Origin: Myxococcota bacterium
GTDB taxonomy: Bacteria; Myxococcota_A; UBA9160; UBA6930
Assembly (NCBI GenBank): GCA_965223415.1
Contig: OZ245002.1
Location: 3,968,001 to 4,032,000, forward strand
Direction of reading: 5' to 3'
DNA length: 64,000 nucleotides
The position numbers and the translations under genes were made by a program. The notes beneath the pieces were generated by a model, which saw nothing but the letters and a program-made list of their open reading frames with translations, was not told the DNA's origin and searched no databases. Positions 1 to 8,761 of the stretch are shown here, piece by piece; position 1 is the stretch's first letter, and the number at the start of each line of letters is the position of its first letter.

Positions 1-449
1 AGCCGGTCATCTCGGCGATCGCCCGCTGGTACGTCCACCACGCCGTGGACGAGCTCGATCTCGACATCCAGCAGTTCACCGAGACGTCCCCGCTCTCGAT
101 CCTCGAGTCGCTGCCCTTCCTGCTCCGGGAGGAGCGGGCGAAGGAGGCGGACGTCGTCTTCGAGCTGCGGCTCACCGGCGAAGGGGGCGGCGTGTGGGCC
201 ATCCACATCCACGACGGCCAGTGCCGCGTCGAGCCCGGCTTCGCCAGTGGCGCCGATGTCCGGTACACGGCCGACGCCCGCGTCTGGTGCGCGGTCGCCC
301 TCGGGCTCCTCGACGCCCGGGACGCCGCGAAGCGCGGCCTCCTCGAGAAAGAGGGAGGCCGCGAAGCCATGGACCCCTACTTCCACCAGCTTGCCCGTCC
401 CCTGGCTCCGAGCACGTTGCCGGAGACCGGGGAGGGAACCCAGGAGTGA
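1..449 (+). CDS. SCP2 sterol-binding-domain protein, 5'-truncated by the window edge (possibly an HxlR-type regulator fused to SCP2)
   Basis: Frame is open from position 3 (PVISAIARWYVHH..., resembling the end of an HxlR HTH). VVFELRLTGEGGGVWAIHIHDGQCRVEPG...ADVRYTADARVW is a typical SCP2 pattern. Confidence 0.65.
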   Translation, partial: PVISAIARWYVHHAVDELDLDIQQFTETSPLSILESLPFLLREERAKEADVVFELRLTGEGGGVWAIHIHDGQCRVEPGFASGADVRYTADARVWCAVALGLLDARDAAKRGLLEKEGGREAMDPYFHQLARPLAPSTLPETGEGTQE

Positions 450-453
450 CCCC

Positions 454-1569
454 ATGATCTCGTTCGGACCTACCGAGGAGCAGGAAGTCGTCCGCGACGC
501 GATGCGCGAGTTCGCGGAGCAGGTGCTGCGTCCCGCCGCCCGCGACGCCGACGAAGCCAGTGCGCTGCCCGACGGCGTGCTGGACCAGGTGTGGGAGCTG
601 GGCCTGACCAACACCCAGCTCCCCGAGGAGTACGGGGGCGGCGGCGAGGTGCGCTCGCCGATCACCAACGCCCTGATCCTGGAGGAGCTGGCCTTCGGTG
701 ATCCGGCCCTGGCGATCGCTTCGACCCATCCCTCGGCCTTCGCCTTCGCCGTGAACGACTTCGGCACCGAGGAGCAGAAGGCGGCCCACCTGCCGCGCTT
801 CTGCGAGGCGCGCGTCGCGCCGGCCAGCCTGGCGCTGATCGAGCCCTCGCCCACCTTCGACGCGGTGGCGCTGCAGACGACGGCCGAGGCGAAGGAGGGC
901 GGCTTCGTGCTCTCCGGCCGCAAGCGCTTCGTCGTCCTGGGCGACCGGGCCGAGAACTTTCTCGTGCTGGCCCGCAACGCCCAGAGCGCCGACGCCGGCG
1001 CCCGGTCCCTGGACGCCTTCATCGTGCCCCGGGATGCGGCCGGCCTCAGCGTCTCCGATCGGGAGCTGAACCTCGGCATGAAGGCGCTTCCGACCGTGAG
1101 CCTGGAGCTCGAGAAGGTGGAGGTGCCGGCGGAGGCCCGGCTCGGCGGCGACGCCGGCATCGATGCGGCGCGGTTCCTGGCCGGGACGCGCACCGCGAAC
1201 GCGGCGCTGCTCGTGGGCCTGGCGCGGGCGGTGCGCGAGTACGCCATCCCCTACGCCAAGGATCGTCACGCCTTTGGCGAGGCGATCGCCCAGAAGCAAG
1301 CCGTGGCCTTCATGCTCTCGAACATGAAGATCGAGACCCACGCCATGCGTTGGCTCACCTGGAAGGCCGCCGCCACCCTCGAGAGCCGGGAGGACGCGAC
1401 CCGCGCCTCCATCCACGCGCACACCTACACCGCGGAGCAGGGCATGAAGCTGGCCGACGACGGCCTGCAGGTGCTCGGCGGCCACGGTTTCATCCGCGAG
1501 CACCCGGTCGAGATGTGGTACCGCGCCGCGCGCACGCTGAGCGTGCTCGAAGGCGTCGCCGCGGTCTGA
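454..1569 (+). CDS. Acyl-CoA dehydrogenase (FadE24-like subunit)
   Basis: ATG at 454 after AGGAG. Motifs ALIEP, LSGRKRFV, RHAFGEAIAQKQAV and QVLGGHGFIREHPVEMWYR. Confidence 0.9.
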   Translation: MISFGPTEEQEVVRDAMREFAEQVLRPAARDADEASALPDGVLDQVWELGLTNTQLPEEYGGGGEVRSPITNALILEELAFGDPALAIASTHPSAFAFAVNDFGTEEQKAAHLPRFCEARVAPASLALIEPSPTFDAVALQTTAEAKEGGFVLSGRKRFVVLGDRAENFLVLARNAQSADAGARSLDAFIVPRDAAGLSVSDRELNLGMKALPTVSLELEKVEVPAEARLGGDAGIDAARFLAGTRTANAALLVGLARAVREYAIPYAKDRHAFGEAIAQKQAVAFMLSNMKIETHAMRWLTWKAAATLESREDATRASIHAHTYTAEQGMKLADDGLQVLGGHGFIREHPVEMWYRAARTLSVLEGVAAV

Positions 1570-1600
1570 CCCTCTGCATCTCGACTCCCTGGAGAACCCG

Positions 1601-2782
1601 ATGATCGACTTCAACCTGACCGATACCGACCAGAAGATCTTGGACTACGTGCGCAGCGAGGCCCTGGTGGCCCGCAAGTACGCGCGCCACTACGACGAGA
1701 ACGAGGCCGAGTTCCCGCCCGAAGAGCTCGACGAGGCGAAGGACTACCCCGGCGTGTGGTCCCTGATGGGCGAGCGCACCGAGGAGGACACCAGCCAGAC
1801 GGTGATCGGCATGCTCGTCACCATGGCGGAGACCTGGGGCGACTACTCCGTGCGCATGCGCAAGGGCCGCGGCGTCGGCCTGGGCAACGCCGCCCTCGGC
1901 GCCGCCGGCACGCCCGAGCAGAAGGAGAAGTGGGGCGGCCTGCTCTTGTCGATGGCCATCACCGAGCCGGGCTGCGGCTCCGATCCCTCCCTGGTGCAGA
2001 CCACCGCGGTCCTCGACGAGGAGACCAACGAGTGGATCATCAACGGCGAGAAGATCTTCGTGACCACCGGCTGCCGCGCCGACGGCGTGGTGCTGTGGGC
2101 GACGTTGGATCGCAGCGCCGGCCGCGCGGGCATCAAGAGCTTCCTGGTCGAGAAGGGCACCCCGGGCTTCGAGGTCTCCCACAAGGAGAAGAAGCTCGGC
2201 ATCCGCGCCGACGACACCGCCACCTACGTGTTCACCGATTGCCGTATTCCCCGCGACAACCTGCTCGGCGGCAACGAGGAGATCCCGAAGGCCGGCTCCG
2301 GCGGCTTCCGCGGCGTGATGAAGACCTTCAACATCACCCGCCCGATGACCGCCGCCTTCGGCCTCGGCATGTCGAAGGCCGCCCTCGACTTCACCCGCGA
2401 GCAGCTCGAAGGGGCGGGTGTCGACCTCTCCTACGGGGCCGGCACCCACGGCCAGTCGGCGGCGGCCGCGAAGTTCCAGCGCCTGGAGGCGATCCAGGAG
2501 GCGGCGGAGCTGACGGTCTGCCATGCGGCCTGGCTCTCGGACCAGGGCCAGCCGAACAACATGGAGTCGTCGATCAGCAAGGCGAAGGGCGGCTCGGCAG
2601 TCCGGGAGATCACCCAGGGCTGCATCGAGCTGCTCGGCCCGATGGGCATCAGCCGCGAGCACCTGCTCGAGAAGTGGTTCCGCGACGTCCGTATCACCGA
2701 CATCTACGAGGGCACCGGCCAGATCCAGAACCTGATCATCGCCCGCGAGATCCTGGAGTACGACCGGACCCAGCTCAAGTAG
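1601..2782 (+). CDS. Acyl-CoA dehydrogenase (FadE23-like subunit)
   Basis: Motifs MAITEPGCGSD, INGEKIFVT, KLGIRADDTA and DIYEGTGQIQ (catalytic Glu region). GGAGA RBS. Confidence 0.92.
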   Translation: MIDFNLTDTDQKILDYVRSEALVARKYARHYDENEAEFPPEELDEAKDYPGVWSLMGERTEEDTSQTVIGMLVTMAETWGDYSVRMRKGRGVGLGNAALGAAGTPEQKEKWGGLLLSMAITEPGCGSDPSLVQTTAVLDEETNEWIINGEKIFVTTGCRADGVVLWATLDRSAGRAGIKSFLVEKGTPGFEVSHKEKKLGIRADDTATYVFTDCRIPRDNLLGGNEEIPKAGSGGFRGVMKTFNITRPMTAAFGLGMSKAALDFTREQLEGAGVDLSYGAGTHGQSAAAAKFQRLEAIQEAAELTVCHAAWLSDQGQPNNMESSISKAKGGSAVREITQGCIELLGPMGISREHLLEKWFRDVRITDIYEGTGQIQNLIIAREILEYDRTQLK

Positions 2783-2912
2783 CGGCCGGAAGCCCGGTCG
2801 GGATCGGGGACGGGCCTCCAGGCCATCTGCGCCAGGGAACCCGTCCCGACCCTCCCGGGCGCCGGTGTGGCTCTTCGTGCCGCCGTCGCGACCTCACGCA
2901 GGGATCTCGAAT

Positions 2913-4259
2913 CTACCTCGCGGAGGAGCGCCCAGGCCGCGCTGATCCGCGTTGTCGTGGAGAGCTCGCCGTCCTGCCGGCGGCAGACCGCCCGAGGCCG
3001 AACAACCCGAGGCCAAGCAACATCGCTGCACCCGGCTCGGGAACGGCGCTGACGTAGGTGCGGAAGTGAAAGTCGCGGGTCGCGCTGCAGGCGAAAGGGC
3101 CTCCGTTCGACCCGCAGCTGTCTCCGAGCGCGTAGAGGGGGTCCCCCGCCGAGTCGAAGCCGGCGGCCCATGCGTACTGGTAGACCGGCCCGGTCGTCGG
3201 CACCGACAGAACCAGCGCCAGGAGATCGCCCGGTGCGACGGCGATTCCGTAGACACTGACGTCCAAGCTGACCCAGGAGAAAGTGGTCGGGACACCCGAG
3301 ACCACGATGCTCGCCAACGCTGGACCCGTCGGGACCCCGCCGGCCGCCGAGAAGATCTCGACTGTGAGGTTGGAGACGCTGTTCCTGGAGACTTCGAACT
3401 CGATCCTGTCGAGAGTTCCGGAGGCCCCCACCTCGAAGACCTGCGCAAGATGGGTCGCCGTGACCCCGAGGGCAGCATTCCCCGAGCCGAGGTCGTAGCT
3501 CTGGTCGAGAATGGGGACGGCACGCGCACCTCCGCTCGCCATGAGTGAGAGCGCCAGGACCGCGGACGCGCGGCTGGCCGGCGAGCGCAGGACGCCAGAG
3601 GCCGCACCGAGAGGACGCACCTCTCGCTTCCTCCGTCCTCCAGCGAACAGCAGGACGCCGCCGGCAACCAGCATCAAGAGACTCGTGCCAGGCTCCGGGA
3701 CGACCTCAGCGAACGTGTGACTGATCGTGCCGGCGACGAATATCGGCGAAGTCGAATTCCCGGTGTGGTACCAGAACGTGTGGTTGGTCGACCCATCGAC
3801 CAGGAAGCGAGCGATCATGTCGGCGGGGCCGCTGACAGCGCCCATCTGCGGCCCGAGGTAGACGCCGTAGATCTCCACCAGCCTCGGCGCACCGTTGGTG
3901 TACCAGAACTGGGCGCTCGCGTTGGAGGGCGTGTAGGCCAGTCCACCAAGCGTCAGCGTGATCGAGTCGATCGTTGCCGAGAGCTTCTCCGTCCCGATTC
4001 CCGTGATCGCCGAGTCATCGAAGGTGATCGTCGCGGAGCCGATCGCTGGATCGGTGGGAGCTGTACACCCGCCCGAACAGGTGAACCCGGACGCCGAGAA
4101 GCTCCCCGAGTAGGTGGTTGCATGAGACACCGCGGCCGAGAGAACACCCGCTGCCGCGACCGTGACGAGCGAAACCCGGAAAGCTGCCCGTCCCAAGAGA
4201 CCCGCCGCCGCCACGAACGCAACTCGACACGACGTGCCATCCCACGTGAAGACACTCAT
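2913..4259 (-). CDS. Secreted protein with two PEP-CTERM sorting signals (tandem fusion)
   Basis: Signal peptide ending VSHA; internal VPEPGTSLLMLVAGGVLLFAGGRRKR; second signal-like segment ending GARA; terminal VPEPGAAMLLGLGLFGLGR. AGGAG RBS upstream of ATG 4259. Confidence 0.8.
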   Translation of the reverse strand: MSVFTWDGTSCRVAFVAAAGLLGRAAFRVSLVTVAAAGVLSAAVSHATTYSGSFSASGFTCSGGCTAPTDPAIGSATITFDDSAITGIGTEKLSATIDSITLTLGGLAYTPSNASAQFWYTNGAPRLVEIYGVYLGPQMGAVSGPADMIARFLVDGSTNHTFWYHTGNSTSPIFVAGTISHTFAEVVPEPGTSLLMLVAGGVLLFAGGRRKREVRPLGAASGVLRSPASRASAVLALSLMASGGARAVPILDQSYDLGSGNAALGVTATHLAQVFEVGASGTLDRIEFEVSRNSVSNLTVEIFSAAGGVPTGPALASIVVSGVPTTFSWVSLDVSVYGIAVAPGDLLALVLSVPTTGPVYQYAWAAGFDSAGDPLYALGDSCGSNGGPFACSATRDFHFRTYVSAVPEPGAAMLLGLGLFGLGRSAAGRTASSPRQRGSARPGRSSAR

Positions 4260-4422
4260 CCACATCTCCTTCCCAAGAGCTGCTGCCAAGGCGGCAGCAC
4301 GAGCACCCTATCCCCGAGTAGGCCCCGGCCGCATGACCCATTCGTACCAGCAGGTCGGATCTCGGCGCTCCATGGCCCAATCGGGCCATGGAGCGCCGGG
4401 CCGGTCTGATACCCTGGGACCC

Positions 4423-5559
4423 ATGGCGCCTCCCGAGATCGGAGCCCAGGACCTCACCCGCGCCCACGCCCTTCTCGATCCGCTCTACCGCTCCGCGACC
4501 GAGCCCGAGGCCCTGGAAGAGTTCCTGGTCGGGCTGGGAGAGCTCACGGGTTCGGTCATGCCCGGCATCGCGACGGGCGGGCCCTCCCCACGCGTGCTGG
4601 CGATCGACACGCAGGAGAGATGGAGGCGGGACTTCGAGCAGCAGTACGCGTCGGGGCTGGAGGCCTGGGCTCGGGCGAACCGGGTCTGGGGCGTCTTCTG
4701 CTACTCCGATGTCGGTGGTCCGGTCGTGGAAGGGCTCCTCCACGAGTGGGCGAGACCCATCGGCGTGCGCGACTGCCTCTCGGCCCACGTCTCCGTGGCC
4801 GGTTCGCTCGCCGGGCTCGGCGTCTATCGGGAGCTCGGGCGCCCGACCTTCAGCGAGCGGGACCGGGAAGTCATGAGGATCCTGTCGCCTCACGTCGGGA
4901 GTGCGCTGCTCCTCTCGCAGCGCCTCGGGGCCGGGCCCTCGCACCAGGCGTTCGCGCCTGCGGTCCTCGACCGCTGTTCGAGCGCCGTCGTCGTGCTCGA
5001 CGCGCTCGGGCGGGTCGGCGACATGAACGACGCGGCGCGCGCGATCCTGGAGGCCGGGGACGGCCTGGCGGTCCGTGACGCCATGATCGCGGTCTCCGAC
5101 CGGGAGGCTTCGCGGCGGTTGCGTGACCACCTCCGAGAGGCCATTGCGACAGCGATGCACGGTGGGATCCAGGCGGGCGGCGCGCTGAGGTGTCCTCGTG
5201 CCTCCGGCCGCCGGCCGTACGAGCTGTGGGTGGTCCCCCTGGCCGTCAGTGACCCGGGCCGCCTCGGGGATCGCATTCCGAGCGCGGCGCTCTTCATCGC
5301 CGATCCCGACACCGAGATCGCCTCCTTCCCCGAGCGCCTCGCTTGCCTGTACGGGCTCACGCCCGCGGAGAGTCGTCTGGCGGCGGGTCTTGCCGAGGGG
5401 TGGGGCCTGGCAGAGCTGGCCGAGGCGTTCGGCGTGACGAGGCAGACGCTCCGCAACCAGCTCAAGTCGGTGTTCGACAAGACCGGCTGCCGCCGCCAAG
5501 GGGAGCTGGTCTCGCTGCTGCTCCGCGGCGTCGCGAGTCGTTTCCGCGAACGGGGGTGA
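4423..5559 (+). CDS. LuxR-family HTH transcriptional regulator with GAF/PAS-like sensor region
   Basis: C-terminal YGLTPAESRLAAGLAEG...ELAEAFGVTRQTLRNQLKSVFDKTGCRRQGELV; PAS-like VVVLDALGRVGDMNDAA. Start codon uncertain. Confidence 0.85.
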   Translation: MAPPEIGAQDLTRAHALLDPLYRSATEPEALEEFLVGLGELTGSVMPGIATGGPSPRVLAIDTQERWRRDFEQQYASGLEAWARANRVWGVFCYSDVGGPVVEGLLHEWARPIGVRDCLSAHVSVAGSLAGLGVYRELGRPTFSERDREVMRILSPHVGSALLLSQRLGAGPSHQAFAPAVLDRCSSAVVVLDALGRVGDMNDAARAILEAGDGLAVRDAMIAVSDREASRRLRDHLREAIATAMHGGIQAGGALRCPRASGRRPYELWVVPLAVSDPGRLGDRIPSAALFIADPDTEIASFPERLACLYGLTPAESRLAAGLAEGWGLAELAEAFGVTRQTLRNQLKSVFDKTGCRRQGELVSLLLRGVASRFRERG

Positions 5560-5705
5560 CCTCAGCGCGCGAGGCCCGCCGGAGCGCGAGCCGGCCCGGT
5601 GGTTTCGGCGCCGTCGTCGCCCGGAGACGCTCGCCACCGAGGCGATGGCGGTCGTGGCGCTCCGGTCGCGCGCAACCCTGGCCGCGCGCGCTAGCTTTCG
5701 CGGCC

Positions 5706-6692
5706 ATGCGCGCCGTCGTCGTTGACAACCCGGGCCGTGACTCCACGCTCCGCGTCGCCGAGGTGCCGGCGCCGGAGATCGGCGCCGGCGATGTCCGAGT
5801 GAGCGTCCACGCCTTCGCGCTGAACCGCGGCGATCTCCTCCAGCGCCAGGGCCTCTACCCCCCGCCGCCCGGCGCGTCTGAGATCATGGGCCTCGAGTGC
5901 GCCGGCGAGGTGATCGAGGTCGGCGCCGAGGTGCAGGCCTGGAAGCCCGGCGACCGGGTGATGGCGCTCCTCGCCGGCGGGGGCTACGCGGAGGAGGCCG
6001 TCGCCCCGGCTCCTTGTCTCATGCCGGTGCCCGAGCGGCTCTCCCTCACCGAGGCCGCGGCGATTCCCGAGGTCTTCCTCACCGTCCACCAGAACGTGTT
6101 CCAGCACGCCCGCCTCGCCGAGGGCGAGTGGCTGCTCGCCCACGGCGGCGCCAGCGGCATCGGCACCGCCGCCATCCAGCTGGCCAAGGAGGCCGGGGCG
6201 AAGGTGATCGTCACCGCCGGTGGCGACGACAAGTGCGCCCGCTGCCGGGAGCTCGGCGCGGACGTGGCGGTGAACTACCGCGAGGCCTCCTTCGCCGAGG
6301 CCGTGAAGGAGGCCACCGGGGGCCGTGGCGTGGACGTGGTGCTCGACCACATCGGCGCCGACTACCTCGCCGACAACCTGGCGAGTCTCGCCCCGGACGG
6401 ACGCATGGTGCTGATCGGGCTGATGAGCGGCGCCAGGACCGAGATCAACCTCGGGCTCGTCGTGGGCAAGCGGCTCACGATCCAGGGCTCGACGCTGCGG
6501 GCCCGCAGCGTGCCCGACAAGGGAGCGCTGGTCGACGCCTTCCGCGAGCGCTTCGGCGCGGCCCTGGAGGAGGGCCGGATCGGCCCCGTGATCGACCGGG
6601 TGCTGCCCATGGCCGGGATCGAGCAGGCCCACGCCCACATGCGGGCCAGCGGGCACGTCGGCAAGATCGTGCTCGAGGTCTCGGGCGATTGA
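5706..6692 (+). CDS. NADPH:quinone oxidoreductase, PIG3/zeta-crystallin family
   Basis: Motifs LNRGDLLQRQGLYPPPPGASEIMGLECAG, HGGASGIGTAAIQLA and GHVGKIVL. Confidence 0.92.
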   Translation: MRAVVVDNPGRDSTLRVAEVPAPEIGAGDVRVSVHAFALNRGDLLQRQGLYPPPPGASEIMGLECAGEVIEVGAEVQAWKPGDRVMALLAGGGYAEEAVAPAPCLMPVPERLSLTEAAAIPEVFLTVHQNVFQHARLAEGEWLLAHGGASGIGTAAIQLAKEAGAKVIVTAGGDDKCARCRELGADVAVNYREASFAEAVKEATGGRGVDVVLDHIGADYLADNLASLAPDGRMVLIGLMSGARTEINLGLVVGKRLTIQGSTLRARSVPDKGALVDAFRERFGAALEEGRIGPVIDRVLPMAGIEQAHAHMRASGHVGKIVLEVSGD

Positions 6693-6712
6693 GGCTGAGC
6701 GCCCCGGAAGAC

Positions 6713-6748
6713 GGAACAAGCGTTCCCTTCCCGCGGAAGCGTCGTTCC
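6713..6748. promoter_or_regulatory. Tandem palindromic sites, candidate enhancer (UAS) for a sigma-54 activator
   Basis: GGAAC-AAGC-GTTCC (6713-6726) and GGAAG-CGTC-GTTCC (6735-6748), offset by 22 bp and starting about 100 and 80 bp upstream of the sigma-54 -24 element. Confidence 0.5.
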
Positions 6749-6813
6749 CTCGCGGCGCCGGCGGCCTCTCCAAGCCCGCTAGAAGATCAGCGACTTGCAG
6801 CCGCCGCGCGGGC

Positions 6814-6829
6814 TGGCACGCTGCTTGCA
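6814..6829 (+). promoter_or_regulatory. Sigma-54 (RpoN) -24/-12 promoter
   Basis: TGGCACG-CTGC-TTGCA matches the consensus TGGCACG-N4-TTGC exactly and lies upstream of the CHRD PEP-CTERM gene. Confidence 0.85.
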
Positions 6830-6866
6830 TTAGGTCTCGCCGCGGGGCGATCTCGGAGGTGTATCC

Positions 6867-7379
6867 ATGCGCGTGTCCGTCCTCGCAGCCTTCGTGCTCG
6901 GCTGCGCTCTGCTCGGCGCTCCGACCGCGGGCTCCGCGGCGATCATCCAGCTGGCGGCCACGATCGACGGTGCTCAGGCCAACGCGGGCGCGGGGACGGG
7001 CTCCCCGGGAACGGGCAGCGCCACGCTGACCTTCGATGACCAGACGAACCTGCTGAGCTGGTCCGGCAGCTTCACCGGACTGCTCGACGATTACACCCTG
7101 TCCCACTTCCACGGGCCGGCGCTTCCCAGCCAGAACGCCGGTGTGACCGTGGGGTTCAGCGTCGTGTTGAACCCCGACAATCGCTCCGGCACATTCAACG
7201 GCGGTGCCACGCTCAGTGCAGGCCAGGCCGCGGACCTTCTGAACGGGCTCTGGTACATCAACATCCACAGTCAATTCGCTCTCGGCGGCGAGATCCGCGG
7301 CCAGGTCCTCGTGCCCGAGCCCGGGCTTGGGGCCCTGCTGCTCTTCGGCCTGGCTTCGCTCCTGCGCCGCCGCGCCTGA
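6867..7379 (+). CDS. CHRD-domain PEP-CTERM surface protein
   Basis: Signal peptide; CHRD motifs HFHGPA and LLNGLWYINIHS..GGEIRGQ; C-terminal VPEP-TM-RRRA. GGAGG RBS. Confidence 0.9.
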   Translation: MRVSVLAAFVLGCALLGAPTAGSAAIIQLAATIDGAQANAGAGTGSPGTGSATLTFDDQTNLLSWSGSFTGLLDDYTLSHFHGPALPSQNAGVTVGFSVVLNPDNRSGTFNGGATLSAGQAADLLNGLWYINIHSQFALGGEIRGQVLVPEPGLGALLLFGLASLLRRRA

Positions 7380-7471
7380 CGCCGCGCGCCTCGCTCCTGC
7401 TGGAAGTTTGCCCGGGCGACGGCTAACGTCCCGCGCCTTCGCCCCCGCCAACGAAACGCCAGGAGGGCCCC

Positions 7472-7909
7472 GTGGCCGTCGAGCGAACCCTGTCCATCGT
7501 GAAGCCCGATGCGGTCGCCAAGGGCGCGACCGGCGAGATCCTGCGCCGCTTCGAGGAGGCCGGCCTTCAGCTCCTCGCGATCAAGAAGCTCCGACTCGAC
7601 GAGGAGCTGGCCCGCGGCTTCTACGTGGTGCACAAGGAGCGGCCCTTCTTCGGCGACCTGGTCAAGTTCATGACCTCGGGCCCGGTGGTGGTGAGCGTGC
7701 TCGAGGGCGAGGGCGCCATCGCGAAGAACCGGGAGCTGATGGGGCCCACGAACTCCACCGAGGCCGAGCCGGGCACGATCCGCGGCGACTTCGGCACCGA
7801 CATCGAGAAGAACGCCGTCCACGGCAGCGACGCGCCGGAGACCGCGAAGATCGAGATCTCCTACTTCTTCAACGCCAGCGAGATCGCAGGGCCGTGCGAG
7901 GCGCTCTGA
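7472..7909 (+). CDS. ndk: Nucleoside diphosphate kinase
   Basis: Motifs [26 protein letters not shown] and NAVHGSD (active-site His). Confidence 0.97.
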   Translation: MAVERTLSIVKPDAVAKGATGEILRRFEEAGLQLLAIKKLRLDEELARGFYVVHKERPFFGDLVKFMTSGPVVVSVLEGEGAIAKNRELMGPTNSTEAEPGTIRGDFGTDIEKNAVHGSDAPETAKIEISYFFNASEIAGPCEAL

Positions 7910-7911
7910 GC

Positions 7912-8124
7912 ATGGTCCTGGCGGCCGGGCTCGCCCTGGGCGCCGCCGGCTGTCGCGAGGAAGGCCCGGCCGAGAAGGCGGGCAAGAAGCTCGACGAGGT
8001 CGTCGACCGGGTGCGCCACGGCGACGAGGGCGCGCTGGAGAAGGCCGGACGCAAGCTCGACGAGGCGGTCGACGAGGTGGGCGAGGCCCTCGAGGATCTC
8101 GGCGAGGAGATCCAGGATCGCTGA
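7912..8124 (+). CDS. Small lipoprotein with repeated AEKAGKKLDE motifs
   Basis: Lipobox-like LGAAGC; EGPAEKAGKKLDE and EGALEKAGRKLDE repeats. Begins right after the ndk stop. Confidence 0.7.
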   Translation: MVLAAGLALGAAGCREEGPAEKAGKKLDEVVDRVRHGDEGALEKAGRKLDEAVDEVGEALEDLGEEIQDR

Positions 8125-8141
8125 GCCCGGTGCGCCTGGAA

Positions 8142-8228
8142 TCAGGCGTAGCCCCTCGCGATGAGCAGGATCAGGCCCACGTAGGCCACGGTGAGCCAGA
8201 GTCCGTGGCTCTTGATCGCTTGCTTCAC
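8142..8228 (-). CDS. Candidate 28-aa single-TM small protein
   Basis: G-rich RBS (GGGGGA), then GTG and KQAIKSHGLWLTVAYVGLILLIARGYA-stop. Fills an otherwise empty gap. Confidence 0.4.
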   Translation of the reverse strand: MKQAIKSHGLWLTVAYVGLILLIARGYA

Positions 8229-8335
8229 GACGTCCCCCCGGTGCGTCCGTTCCCCGCGCCGCCTTCCACTCGTTTCGAACGAACCGGCGCAGACTTGAGG
8301 AATAGCGAATGGGATTCGCCGTGGCGTGACGAAGC

Positions 8336-8761
8336 TCACGGCTCCGAGGGGGGCTCGCGCAATCCGTCCAGGCGCTTCTGCTGCACCGGCGTGAGATCCC
8401 GCTTGATCCGGGCCAGCAGCCGCAGGTGGGCGAGCTTGATCCGGGCTTCGTAACGGAAGACCTGCTCGGCGGTGGCGACCAGGGCCTCCTCGTCGGCCTG
8501 CCGGGCCGCTTCTTCCAACCCCTGCATGGCGTCCTGCACTTCCCACTGGATCTCGAGCACCTCGTCCTGGGTGGCACGGACCGCTTTGGTGATGGCCCGG
8601 CGCTGATCGGTGCTGAGCTGGATCTCCCGGGCGAAGCGCATCACCACGTCCGGCGGGTAGAGGTGGCGCATGAAGGCGGGCTCGGGCTCCTCGGCCGCGC
8701 CGGCTCGGGGGGCGAGCAGGCCGGTCAGCAGGAGCAGGATGAGGGTGGCGCTGCGGGTCAT
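8336..8761 (-). CDS. Periplasmic Spy/CpxP-like (heavy-metal-sensor-type) helical protein
   Basis: Signal peptide MTRSATLILLLL...AGA; IQLSTDQRRAI and LTPVQQKRL are LTxxQ-type motifs. Confidence 0.75.
   Translation of the reverse strand: MTRSATLILLLLTGLLAPRAGAAEEPEPAFMRHLYPPDVVMRFAREIQLSTDQRRAITKAVRATQDEVLEIQWEVQDAMQGLEEAARQADEEALVATAEQVFRYEARIKLAHLRLLARIKRDLTPVQQKRLDGLREPPSEP

Noticed and set aside
2791..2861. GC-rich imperfect inverted repeat after the second acyl-CoA dehydrogenase
   Set aside because: It could be a terminator between convergent genes, but there is no U-tract and the pairing is imperfect, so it is not called.
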